From NCBI GenBank assembly GCA_964291495.2, contig OZ219871.1, positions 992,001 to 1,056,000 on the forward strand: a DNA stretch of 64,000 bases, read 5' to 3'. Numbering within the stretch: position 1 is the first letter of the stretch; every line of letters begins with the position of its first letter. The DNA is from Dehalococcoidia bacterium. Lineage in GTDB: Bacteria > Chloroflexota > Dehalococcoidia > UBA2979. Shown here piece by piece: positions 42,662 through 50,908 of the stretch. A program made the position numbers and the translations under genes. The notes below the pieces were generated by a model, which searched no databases, was not told the origin of the DNA, and saw nothing but the letters and a program-made list of their open reading frames with translations.

Positions 42662-43072
42662 CTAAGCCCGCGCCCGCGGGTCCACGTGGTTGACGCGGTA
42701 GCGAAACTTCCAGCCCTCGGCCGTGCGCACGTAGACGTCGTCGTACCAGCCGGTCGCGAGGATGCGCGCGCGCGACTCGCCGGTGGTCGCGATCGTCACG
42801 AGGAACATCGCCTTGCCGCGCACGCTGCCATCGGCTTCCGGCTCCTGCAGCCGGATGTTGGACACCATGTGCCGCCGTGGCGTTGGCTCCTCGACCCAGC
42901 GGTTGGCGACCAGCTCGCGGATCGCCTCGCGGCCCCGCACCTCGCTGCCGGCGCGGCCGAAGACCGCATCCTCGCTGAAGAGCGCGGCGAAGGTGTCGTG
43001 GTCGGCGCTGTCGAAGGTGTAGCAGTAGTCCGTGATCAGGTCGTGGATCGCCTGCCGGTCCGCGGGGTCCAT
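42662..43072 (-). CDS. SnoaL-like/NTF2 family protein
   Basis: DRQAIHDLI..Y...D, GREAIR, RHMVSN, GWYDD...GWKF. Confidence 0.88.
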   Translation of the reverse strand: MDPADRQAIHDLITDYCYTFDSADHDTFAALFSEDAVFGRAGSEVRGREAIRELVANRWVEEPTPRRHMVSNIRLQEPEADGSVRGKAMFLVTIATTGESRARILATGWYDDVYVRTAEGWKFRYRVNHVDPRARA

Positions 43073-43228
43073 CGTCGCCTCCGTTCGCAGCCGCACGCGC
43101 GCGGGCCATCGTAGCGGCCTCGTGCGTCCGATGACGGCCACGGGCTGGCAAGGCCTGTTGCGCGGGAGTAACCTTGGAGTTCGTCACGGGTTCAACAGCG
43201 CACGACCGCACGGGGAGGGAGGCGGACG

Positions 43229-44410
43229 ATGTCGATTCGCGGGAAGGCGGCGATCGTCGGGTTCAGCGAGCTCCCGACGCTGCGCCAGTACGGCGAACGG
43301 AGCACCACGGGCCTCCTCGCCGAGGTCGCCCGGGACGCGATCCGCGACGCCGGAATGCGCAAGGACGACATCGACGGCGTGATCAACCGCGAGGACGTGA
43401 ACTCCCTCGAGCTCTGCGAGGCGCTCGGCATCAGGCCCCGCTATACCTCCTCGATGACCACGCACGGGGCGAGCGGCGCGGCCTCGATCCTGACAGCGGC
43501 GATGGCCGTCGCCTCTGGCGTCGCCAGCAACGTGCTCTGCATGCTCGGCCAGTCGCGGCCGGCCAGCGCGACGCGGCTCGAGGCCGGGGCGGGCGCGCGT
43601 GGCGGCGGCGGCCCGGCCAACATCCTCACGGAGTGGGAGGCGCCGTTCGGCACCGTGATCGCCGCCAACGGCGGCTACGGGATGATCAAGGCGCGCCACA
43701 TGCACGAGTTCGGCACCACGCAGGAGCAGTTCGCCAAGTGCGCCGTCGACCAGCGCTTCAACGCGCTGCGGAACGAGAACGGGCTCTGGAAGGACCCGAT
43801 CACCATCGACGACGTGCTCAACTCGCGCTTCGTCAACGACCCGCTGCACCTGCTGGAGTGCGTGATGCCGTGCTCCGGCGCGAACGCCGTGATCGTCACC
43901 AGCGCGGAACGCGCGAGGGCGTTGCCGAACCCGCCCGTCTACATCCTCGGCGTGGGCGGACCGGCGACCAGCCACAGCGTCGTCTGGCAAAACGACAGCA
44001 TCACCACCACCCCGGTCGTGCAATCCGCCCCGGTGGCGCTGCAGATGGCGGAGTACAGCGCGCGCGACATCGAGTTCGCCCAGTTCTACGACTGCTACAC
44101 GATCCTCGCGATGATGTGCCTGGAGGACGCCGGGATCTGCGCGAAGGGCGAGATCGGGGCCTTCTACGAGAGCACGGACACGACCTACGAGGGCGACTTC
44201 CCGATCAACACCGACGGCGGCCAGATCTCGGCGGGCCAGCCCGGCGGCGGCGCCGGCGGCTTCCGCCACGTGGTGGAGGCGACCCGCCAGATCATGGGCC
44301 GAGCCGGGGTGAGGCAGGTGAAGAAGGGCGACCTCTGCCTTGTCAATGGCTGAGGCGGCACCGGCAGCGTCATGACGACGCTGGTGCTCGGTTCGGGCGC
44401 CACCCTCTAA
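43229..44410 (+). CDS. Thiolase-like (SCP-x/Ltp2/DitF-type) protein with in-frame UGA at 44351-44353
   Basis: AAIVG, FYDCYT, PINTDGGQIS; frame continues past TGA as GGTGSVMTTLVLGSGATL-TAA(44410), completing the fold's last strand. Confidence 0.85.
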
Positions 44411-44443
44411 CTCCAGCAAGCAAAGACCACACCGAGGTCCACG

Positions 44444-44863
44444 ATGGCCGAATACGAGAAGCCTCTCCCGCGACAAGCAGACCCTGCGCTCACACAGCCC
44501 TTCTGGGACGCGGCGAAGCGCCACGAGCTGGTCCTCCCGCGCTGCCTCCAGTGCAGCCGCCACTTCTGGTACCCGCGGCAGGCCTGCCCGCGCTGCCTGA
44601 GCCCGGACTGGGAGTGGACGAAGGCGAGCGGCCGCGGCCGCCTCCACACCTACACGATCGTCCGCCAGCCGCAGAACCCCGCCTTCAACGACGACGTGCC
44701 CTACGCCTACGCGATGGTCCAACTCGACGAGGGCGTACGCATGATCTCGAACCTCGTCGACGTCGAGGTCCCCGACGGCGTGCGGATCGACATGGAACTC
44801 GAGGTGACGTTCGAGGACGTCACCGAGGAGTGGACGCTGCCGCGCTTCCGGCCCGCGTCGTAA
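44444..44863 (+). CDS. DUF35 Zn-ribbon/OB-fold protein (thiolase partner)
   Basis: PFWDAA, CxxC...YPR..CPxC, SGRG.LHTYT, VQLDEGVRM. Confidence 0.9.
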   Translation: MAEYEKPLPRQADPALTQPFWDAAKRHELVLPRCLQCSRHFWYPRQACPRCLSPDWEWTKASGRGRLHTYTIVRQPQNPAFNDDVPYAYAMVQLDEGVRMISNLVDVEVPDGVRIDMELEVTFEDVTEEWTLPRFRPAS

Positions 44864-44878
44864 CCCGCGGAGCGTCCC

Positions 44879-45292
44879 TCAGCGCTGCGGAGCCCCCTGC
44901 TCCAGCAGCGCCAGCGCGGCCTCGGCGGCACGGCCGGCGTAGGCGACGTACTCGGCCGGGCTCAACTCCTCGAGGGGTACGCGCAGCTCCGAGCGGGTCG
45001 TCGCCGGGTCGTCGGTGTCGAGCTGGTCGGCCTCGAAGCCGATACGCAGCTCGTAGAGGCCGCCGTCCTCGCCCAGCACGACGCAGCCGGGGGCGTCCTC
45101 GGCCTGGCCGCCCGGCGGCGGCTCGACCTCGATACCGTAGGAGAAGAACGAGCCGGGGTACTCCGGGAACGGGTCGAACGAGGCGGCGATCTCGCGCAGC
45201 AGCTCGCGGTACTCCCGCGCGGCCTGCTCCATGATCGCGTCGGCGTGCGCGCGGAAGCGCAGCGTCCCCCCGCTCGCGGCCTGCCCGCTCAT
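44879..45292 (-). CDS. Hypothetical protein
   Basis: 137 aa ORF with typical high-GC3 codon use. Confidence 0.6.
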   Translation of the reverse strand: MSGQAASGGTLRFRAHADAIMEQAAREYRELLREIAASFDPFPEYPGSFFSYGIEVEPPPGGQAEDAPGCVVLGEDGGLYELRIGFEADQLDTDDPATTRSELRVPLEELSPAEYVAYAGRAAEAALALLEQGAPQR

Positions 45293-45320
45293 CGTCCCCC
45301 CGAGCGGAGCTCGCCTCGCC

Positions 45321-45593
45321 TCATGACAGGCAATGGCAGTCCGTACTCAATTCGCCGTCCACCTCTTCGCGTTCGGCCCACTCGATCAACTCCTGGCGGT
45401 CGAGGGAGCAGATCTTGACGGACTCCCCCGTCGTGTAGCGCTGGCCCGGCTCCGCGATCAGCTCGCAGACGGCGAGATGCAACACGATCGGTATCGAGGG
45501 CTGCGGGGTGCGCCCGACGTTGAGTACGTAGCCCTCGGGCTGCCAGCGCGTCCACACCAGGTACGCCTCGTCGGCGTCGACGAACATCTGCAT
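45321..45593 (-). CDS. Hypothetical protein, possible metal-binding (H/C residues)
   Basis: 90 aa; LHLAVC, KICS, CHC; GGGAG RBS. Confidence 0.6.
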   Translation of the reverse strand: MQMFVDADEAYLVWTRWQPEGYVLNVGRTPQPSIPIVLHLAVCELIAEPGQRYTTGESVKICSLDRQELIEWAEREEVDGELSTDCHCLS

Positions 45594-45626
45594 CGGGCGG
45601 CTCCCGTACCGCCGGGCTCCCGCCCC

Positions 45627-46724
45627 CTAGTCGATGTCCTCCCAGCGGTCGTGCAGCATCGCGGCGACGGCCGGCATCGTCGTGTACTCCATCTCGTCGA
45701 GGGGCAGGCGGTGCGGCTCGAACGGGCCGTGCTTGCGCAGGTAGTCGCTGACCCGGTTCGCCTCGTCGCGCGCGTTGTCGTACGAGGGGTCGTCAAACAG
45801 ATCGCGCGGACCGATCAGCATGCCCTCCGCCAGCTGGAAGCCGAGCGCGATGATCCGCGGCGGGCCATCGAAGCGCGAGGGGTGCGCCTGCTCCACCGAG
45901 GTCGGCATCCACGGCCCGTAGTGCGAGCCGCGCATGAAGCCCTCGACGGTCCAGGCGGTGGTGAACGGCTCGATCACCTCGCCGACCGCCGGGAAGTTGC
46001 CCTGGCAGCGCACGATCGCCGTCGGGTCGTCCTTCCCGATGTAGCGGCCAGCGATGAGCGAGAGCTTGTCGGTCGAGGAGACGGCGGCGACCTCGCCCGT
46101 GACGCGGCTGCGCACGCGCTTCACGGCGTAGCGCGCCGGGGAGCCGATGAAGACCAGCAGGTCGTACATCTCCTCGGGGCAGGCGAGGTGGATGCGCTTG
46201 TGCTCCTTGACGTCGTGGACCTCGTACTCGAAGCCCTTGTGCAGCGGCTCGGCGATCACGAGGCCGGCGGTGTTGAAGGGGTCGGCGAACATCTTGAAGA
46301 ACGGCAGGTTGAACGAGCCCGCCGAGGTCTTGTCGCCCATGAACACGATCACCGGCTCGGAGGGGCGCTCCTCCAGCTCCAGTTCGGCCGAGCCGGGGCC
46401 CGCGCCACGGATGTTGCCGGAGAAGGCGTCGACGAGGATGTCCTGTCCCGCGCCGTAGAGATGCAGCTTCTGGGCGACCGCGGTGCCGGTCTGGAACGTG
46501 TCCCAGGCGAGCTGGTGGACCGCCTCGTCGTCTTCGCCGCGGTCGTGCGACATCACGAGGAACAGGTCGTCGCCGCAGGCGTGCGCCTGCGCGTCGATCA
46601 GCAGCCCCGACTGCACGGCCTGGGCGAGCGACTCGCGGCCCGCGTCGAGCAGTTCGGGGTGCATCGCGGAGTGGCCGACGTAGCCGCCGACATCGGCCTT
46701 GATCACGCTCAGGGTTTGGGGCAT
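45627..46724 (-). CDS. fbp: Bifunctional fructose-1,6-bisphosphate aldolase/phosphatase (class V FBPase)
   Basis: SVIKADVGG..GH, CGDD, LYGAGQD, DPFNTAGLVI, YIGKDDP, GFMRGSH, FDGPP, GPFEPHRL. Confidence 0.95.
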   Translation of the reverse strand: MPQTLSVIKADVGGYVGHSAMHPELLDAGRESLAQAVQSGLLIDAQAHACGDDLFLVMSHDRGEDDEAVHQLAWDTFQTGTAVAQKLHLYGAGQDILVDAFSGNIRGAGPGSAELELEERPSEPVIVFMGDKTSAGSFNLPFFKMFADPFNTAGLVIAEPLHKGFEYEVHDVKEHKRIHLACPEEMYDLLVFIGSPARYAVKRVRSRVTGEVAAVSSTDKLSLIAGRYIGKDDPTAIVRCQGNFPAVGEVIEPFTTAWTVEGFMRGSHYGPWMPTSVEQAHPSRFDGPPRIIALGFQLAEGMLIGPRDLFDDPSYDNARDEANRVSDYLRKHGPFEPHRLPLDEMEYTTMPAVAAMLHDRWEDID

Positions 46725-46926
46725 GACGCCGTCCTTCGTCTCGCTCCTGCGGGCGAATCGTACTGTGCCGCCCGGCCTCGGTTGGGTGTGACGCGCCGCG
46801 AGGAACCGCGACGCTCCGTCGTTTCGCCGATTCTACACGACGGACCGTTAGCGCCCCGCGCGGTAACGCCCCGTCACACGCCGTATCCTGCAGTTGCCTC
46901 GAAGCGCTGAGCCGAGGGGGCGACCC

Positions 46927-47259
46927 GTGAAGCTGCTACGGGCGTCCGGCCTGCTCCTCGGACCTCCGGCGGCCGCGCTGGCGGTCGTGCTCTCGCGCGA
47001 TCCGGAGTTCGGGGACGCCGCCGGCGTCTGGCTGGGTCACTTTGCGATCAGCTACTGGCTGGTCATTATCCCGTGGACTGTGATCGCCGGACGGCTCGCG
47101 CCGCCCGACCCGCCCGGGACTGGTATCAGGCTTGTGCTGGCGACCGCCGGCTGCGCGGCGATGTACCTGCTCTTCTGGTGGGGAGGGCTCGGCTTCGGCG
47201 CCGCACTGCTGGTACTCGCTGTGCTCCCGCGCGCGAATTGGATCGCATCGAGCCGCTGA
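46927..47259 (+). CDS. Small membrane protein
   Basis: Hydrophobic ORF with GAGGGG RBS. Confidence 0.5.
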   Translation: MKLLRASGLLLGPPAAALAVVLSRDPEFGDAAGVWLGHFAISYWLVIIPWTVIAGRLAPPDPPGTGIRLVLATAGCAAMYLLFWWGGLGFGAALLVLAVLPRANWIASSR

Positions 47260-47305
47260 GCCGCCGGCTCCCGCATCAAGGACCGTGAGCGCCCCGGCGC
47301 CGCCA

Positions 47306-48019
47306 TCAGCCGTAGCGCTGGCGCAGCTCGTCGCGGACGCGCTGCGCCAGCGGCTCGGTCAGCGCGCGCAGATCGCCGGCGAGGCGCGCGCCCTCGAGGA
47401 AGGCGTCGAGGGTGGCGATCGTCTCGAGGCCGCGCGTGCGGGCGTGTTCCTCGTTGGTCGCGCGGAAGCCCTGCAGCTTGCGCGGGCCCTCGCGGCCGCC
47501 CTCGGAGATGTACCAGTCGCGGAACGCCACGCCGCAGCCGAGGTCGAAGAGCAGCGCGCCGAGCGGCGTGGCGACGGGCGGCACGTCGGCCGCCAGCGCG
47601 CGCGCCGTGCTCGCCCGCGGGCGCGAGTCGTACTCCGCCATCAGGTGCCCGCCCGCCGGGACGAGGCCCGCGAGCTGCCCGAACAACGCCCGCTCGACCT
47701 CGGGCGATACGGGCTGCACGCCTCCGGCGGCGAGCGGCGGCGCGTCCGTGTAGTCGAGCACCTCGATCCAGTTGAAGCCGGGAAACGGCCCGGAGTTCTG
47801 CAGCCCGAAGATCACGGGCGCGGACGTCGGGCCCTCGGGGCCGTCGAGGATGCAGCGGAAGTAGGTCGAGCCGACGGAGCTGCGCGGCCCGAGCAGCACG
47901 ACGAGCCGCAGCCCCCCGACGAGCGAGGCGCCGTCGATGGGCGCGAGCGGGTGTTCGGGACGCTCGGACGCGGGCTGCCAGCGCCCGTCGGCGGGGTCGC
48001 CTCGCGGTGTCGTGGTCAT
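47306..48019 (-). CDS. DUF1122 family protein
   Basis: NWIE, GGHLMAEY, TPLG, FRDWYISEGGREGPRKLQG. Confidence 0.75.
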   Translation of the reverse strand: MTTTPRGDPADGRWQPASERPEHPLAPIDGASLVGGLRLVVLLGPRSSVGSTYFRCILDGPEGPTSAPVIFGLQNSGPFPGFNWIEVLDYTDAPPLAAGGVQPVSPEVERALFGQLAGLVPAGGHLMAEYDSRPRASTARALAADVPPVATPLGALLFDLGCGVAFRDWYISEGGREGPRKLQGFRATNEEHARTRGLETIATLDAFLEGARLAGDLRALTEPLAQRVRDELRQRYG

Positions 48020-48099
48020 GCCCGCGACGCTAGCACGGGCGGTCGGGGTGGGCGAGCGCGGCAGTCCGCCCCAAACGGGCGAAGGGCTATCCTCGCACC

Positions 48100-49476
48100 A
48101 TGACCACCACCCCGCCCGGCGACCTCCCGGACGACGCCACCCTCGCGGCCTACGCCGAGGCCGTGCGCGGCCTGCTCGCGCGCGGCGGCTACGAGCGCAG
48201 CGGCGATCCACGCGAGGCGAAGCGCTTCCGCCTGAGCCACATCGAGGCGTTCCTCGAGGCCGCCGGACGCCCGGACCGGCGGCGCACCGTCCACATCGCC
48301 GGCTCAAAGGGCAAGGGCTCGACCGCGGCGCTGGTCGAGGCGCAGCTGCGCGCCGCCGGCGCGCACACCCTGCTGCTCACCTCGCCCGATCTGCACCAGG
48401 CCCGCGAGCGCGTGCGCATCGACGGCGAACCGCTCGGCCACGCCGCCTTCGCCCGCCTCGCGCGGGCGTTGCTGGACGACGCGGCGACCGAGGGCTGGTC
48501 CTACTTCGAGCTGCTGACCGTGCTCGGCTGGCTCGCGGGCGCGGAGGCCGGCTGCGACTGGCAGGTGCTGGAGGTCGGCCTCGGCGGGCGGCTGGACACG
48601 ACGAACGTCGTCGCCGCCTCGAAGGCGGTCGCCGTGATCACCCCGCTCGACCTCGAGCACACGGCGATCCTCGGCGACACGATCGAGCAGATCGCGGCGG
48701 AGAAGGCGGCGATCATCCGCGCGCCCGGCGCCGCCGTCGCCGCGCCGCTGCGCGAGCGCGCGCTCGACGTGGTGCGCGCGCGGGCATCCGAGGTGGGCGC
48801 GACGCTGCACGAGGTGGCGGCCGAGTGCGCGCTGCGGGTGACCGCGCAGGGTCTCGACGGGCAGACGCTGGACCTGCGCACGCCGCTGCGCACCTACCGG
48901 CGGCTGCGGCTGCCGCTGATCGGCCGCCACCAGGCGGAGAACGCGGCGACAGCCGTGCGCGCGGCGGAACTGGCGTGGGACGCCGCCGGAGGCGAGCTGC
49001 CCGAGGCGGCCGTGCGCGACGGTCTCGCCTCGGTGCGTTGGCCCGGACGCTTCGAGGTGCTGCGCCAGCGCCCGCTGGTGGTGCTGGACGCGCTGCACAC
49101 GCCGCTCGCGGCGGAGCGGTTCCGGGAGACCCTGCGCGAGCTGCCGCTGCCCCATCCGCATGTGCTGGTGGCTGGCCTGCTCGCCGGCCGCGACGTGCCG
49201 TTGCTGGCCGCGCCGCTGCTCACCGGCGGCGAGACCGTGATCGTCGCCCCGCCGTCCTCGGAGCGGGCGGCCGATCCCTCGCAGGTCGCCGCCGCCTTCG
49301 CCGCGGCGGGCGCGGTCGTGCAGCAGCAGCCGAACGTCGCGGCCGCCCTCGCTCTGGCGCGCGCGCTGGCCGGCGAGGGGGGCGCCGTCTTCGTCGTCGG
49401 CAGCCTCTACACCGTCTCCGAGGCACGCGAACAGCTCCTCGGTGTGAGCGGGGACCGCGCACTCGGGTTGCGCTAG
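48100..49476 (+). CDS. folC: Folylpolyglutamate/dihydrofolate synthase
   Basis: HIAGSKGKGST, TSP.L...RER, EVGLGGRLDTTNV, LEHTAILG, WPGRFE, GSLY. Confidence 0.92.
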   Translation: MTTTPPGDLPDDATLAAYAEAVRGLLARGGYERSGDPREAKRFRLSHIEAFLEAAGRPDRRRTVHIAGSKGKGSTAALVEAQLRAAGAHTLLLTSPDLHQARERVRIDGEPLGHAAFARLARALLDDAATEGWSYFELLTVLGWLAGAEAGCDWQVLEVGLGGRLDTTNVVAASKAVAVITPLDLEHTAILGDTIEQIAAEKAAIIRAPGAAVAAPLRERALDVVRARASEVGATLHEVAAECALRVTAQGLDGQTLDLRTPLRTYRRLRLPLIGRHQAENAATAVRAAELAWDAAGGELPEAAVRDGLASVRWPGRFEVLRQRPLVVLDALHTPLAAERFRETLRELPLPHPHVLVAGLLAGRDVPLLAAPLLTGGETVIVAPPSSERAADPSQVAAAFAAAGAVVQQQPNVAAALALARALAGEGGAVFVVGSLYTVSEAREQLLGVSGDRALGLR

Positions 49477-49514
49477 ACTGTGGCCCGGTAATCGGTCACG
49501 TCGATGGAGGCCGG

Positions 49515-50777
49515 ATGACGCAACGCAATGGCAGGGATCGCCGCGTTGTCGTGACCGGCATGGGCGTGATCTCTCCCCTCGGCAGCACCGTCGACGAGCT
49601 GTGGGAACGCGCGCTCAACGGCGAGTCCGGCATCACCGCGCTGACGGCGATCGAGCCCGGCGACTACCCCTGCAAGGTCGCCGGGCAGGTGCATGACTTC
49701 GAGCCCAACGAGTGGATGGACCGCAAGGACGCGCGCCGCATGGCGCGCTTCTCGCAGTTCGCGATCGCCGCCGGCAGGCAGGCGATTGCCGACGCCGGAC
49801 TGGACCTCGAGGCAATCGACCGCCACCGTGCCGGGGCGCTGCTCGGCACCGGCAACGGCAGCCTGCCGCACGCCGACCAGGCGATGCGCACGATCCTCAG
49901 CCGCGGCGGGCACCGCCTCGACCCGCTCTATATGGCGAAGATGCTGCCGAACATGGCCGCCGGAAACCTCACCATCCAGCTCGGCCTGCGCGGCTACACC
50001 AACACCGTGACCACCGCCTGCGCGGCCGCCACCCAGGCGATCGGCGACGCGACCGAGGTGATCCGCCGCGGCCACGCCGACGTGATGCTGGCCGGGGGCA
50101 CCGAGGCCGGCATCTCCGAGCTGGGACTCGCCGGGTTCTGCGCGATGCGCGCCCTCACCACCTCCTACAACGACCGCCCCGGCGAGTCGTCACGCCCCTT
50201 CGATCGCGACCGCGACGGCTTCGCCCCCTCGGAGGGCGCGGGGGTGCTGGTGCTCGAGGAGCTCGAGCACGCCCGCGAGCGCGGCGCAGAGCCCCTCGCC
50301 GAGGTGGCCGGATACGGCGTCACCGCGGACGCGACCTTCCTCGTCGCGCCGCCCGAGGACGGCGGCGGCGCCGCGCGCGCCATCCAACTCGCCATCGAGG
50401 ACGCGGGCATCACCCCGGGTGAGGTCGACTACATCTCCGCCCACGCCACGGCGACCGAGGTCGGCGACATCGCGGAGACGCGGGCGATTCGCTCGGTCTT
50501 CCGCGAGGACGCGGATCGCATCCCCGTGACCGCGTTCAAGTCCCAGATCGGCCACCTGCTCGGGGCCGCGGGCGGCGTCGAGGCGGTGGCGGCCGTCCAG
50601 ACGCTGCGCACCTCGACGATCGCGCCGACCATCAACCTCGAGAACCCCGATCCCGAGTGCGACCTCGACTACGTCCCGCTCCAGCCGCGCGGCGCCGATG
50701 TGCGCACCCTCGCCAAGAACTCCTTCGGCTTCGGCGGCCAGAACGCCGTGCTGATCCTGCGCCGCTTCGAGGACTGA
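49515..50777 (+). CDS. fabF: Beta-ketoacyl-ACP synthase II
   Basis: RRVVVTGMG, TACAA, SRPFDRDRDGF, AHATAT, KSQIGHLLGAAG, NSFGFGGQN. Confidence 0.95.
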   Translation: MTQRNGRDRRVVVTGMGVISPLGSTVDELWERALNGESGITALTAIEPGDYPCKVAGQVHDFEPNEWMDRKDARRMARFSQFAIAAGRQAIADAGLDLEAIDRHRAGALLGTGNGSLPHADQAMRTILSRGGHRLDPLYMAKMLPNMAAGNLTIQLGLRGYTNTVTTACAAATQAIGDATEVIRRGHADVMLAGGTEAGISELGLAGFCAMRALTTSYNDRPGESSRPFDRDRDGFAPSEGAGVLVLEELEHARERGAEPLAEVAGYGVTADATFLVAPPEDGGGAARAIQLAIEDAGITPGEVDYISAHATATEVGDIAETRAIRSVFREDADRIPVTAFKSQIGHLLGAAGGVEAVAAVQTLRTSTIAPTINLENPDPECDLDYVPLQPRGADVRTLAKNSFGFGGQNAVLILRRFED

Positions 50778-50908
50778 GCCGCCCCCGCCGCCCGGCCCGC
50801 GCCACCGCACCGCTGGTATGATGGTTGCGGCGGGGCGCCGGTCGTGGCGCCCCGTTGGCGTGCGCGCCGCGCAATCCTCCCCACGGATCGGGCCGGCGGA
50901 TCGGGCCT

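Noticed and set aside
44351-44353. Genome-wide UGA reassignment (code 4/25) as the explanation for the thiolase TGA
   Set aside because: TGA ends many genes at their expected C-termini here (ABC-F, fabF, tsaD, rpsT)
48100-50777. Secondary-metabolite (PKS) cluster around the ketosynthase
   Set aside because: Ordinary FabF among housekeeping genes; no ACP, chain-length factor or tailoring genes adjacent
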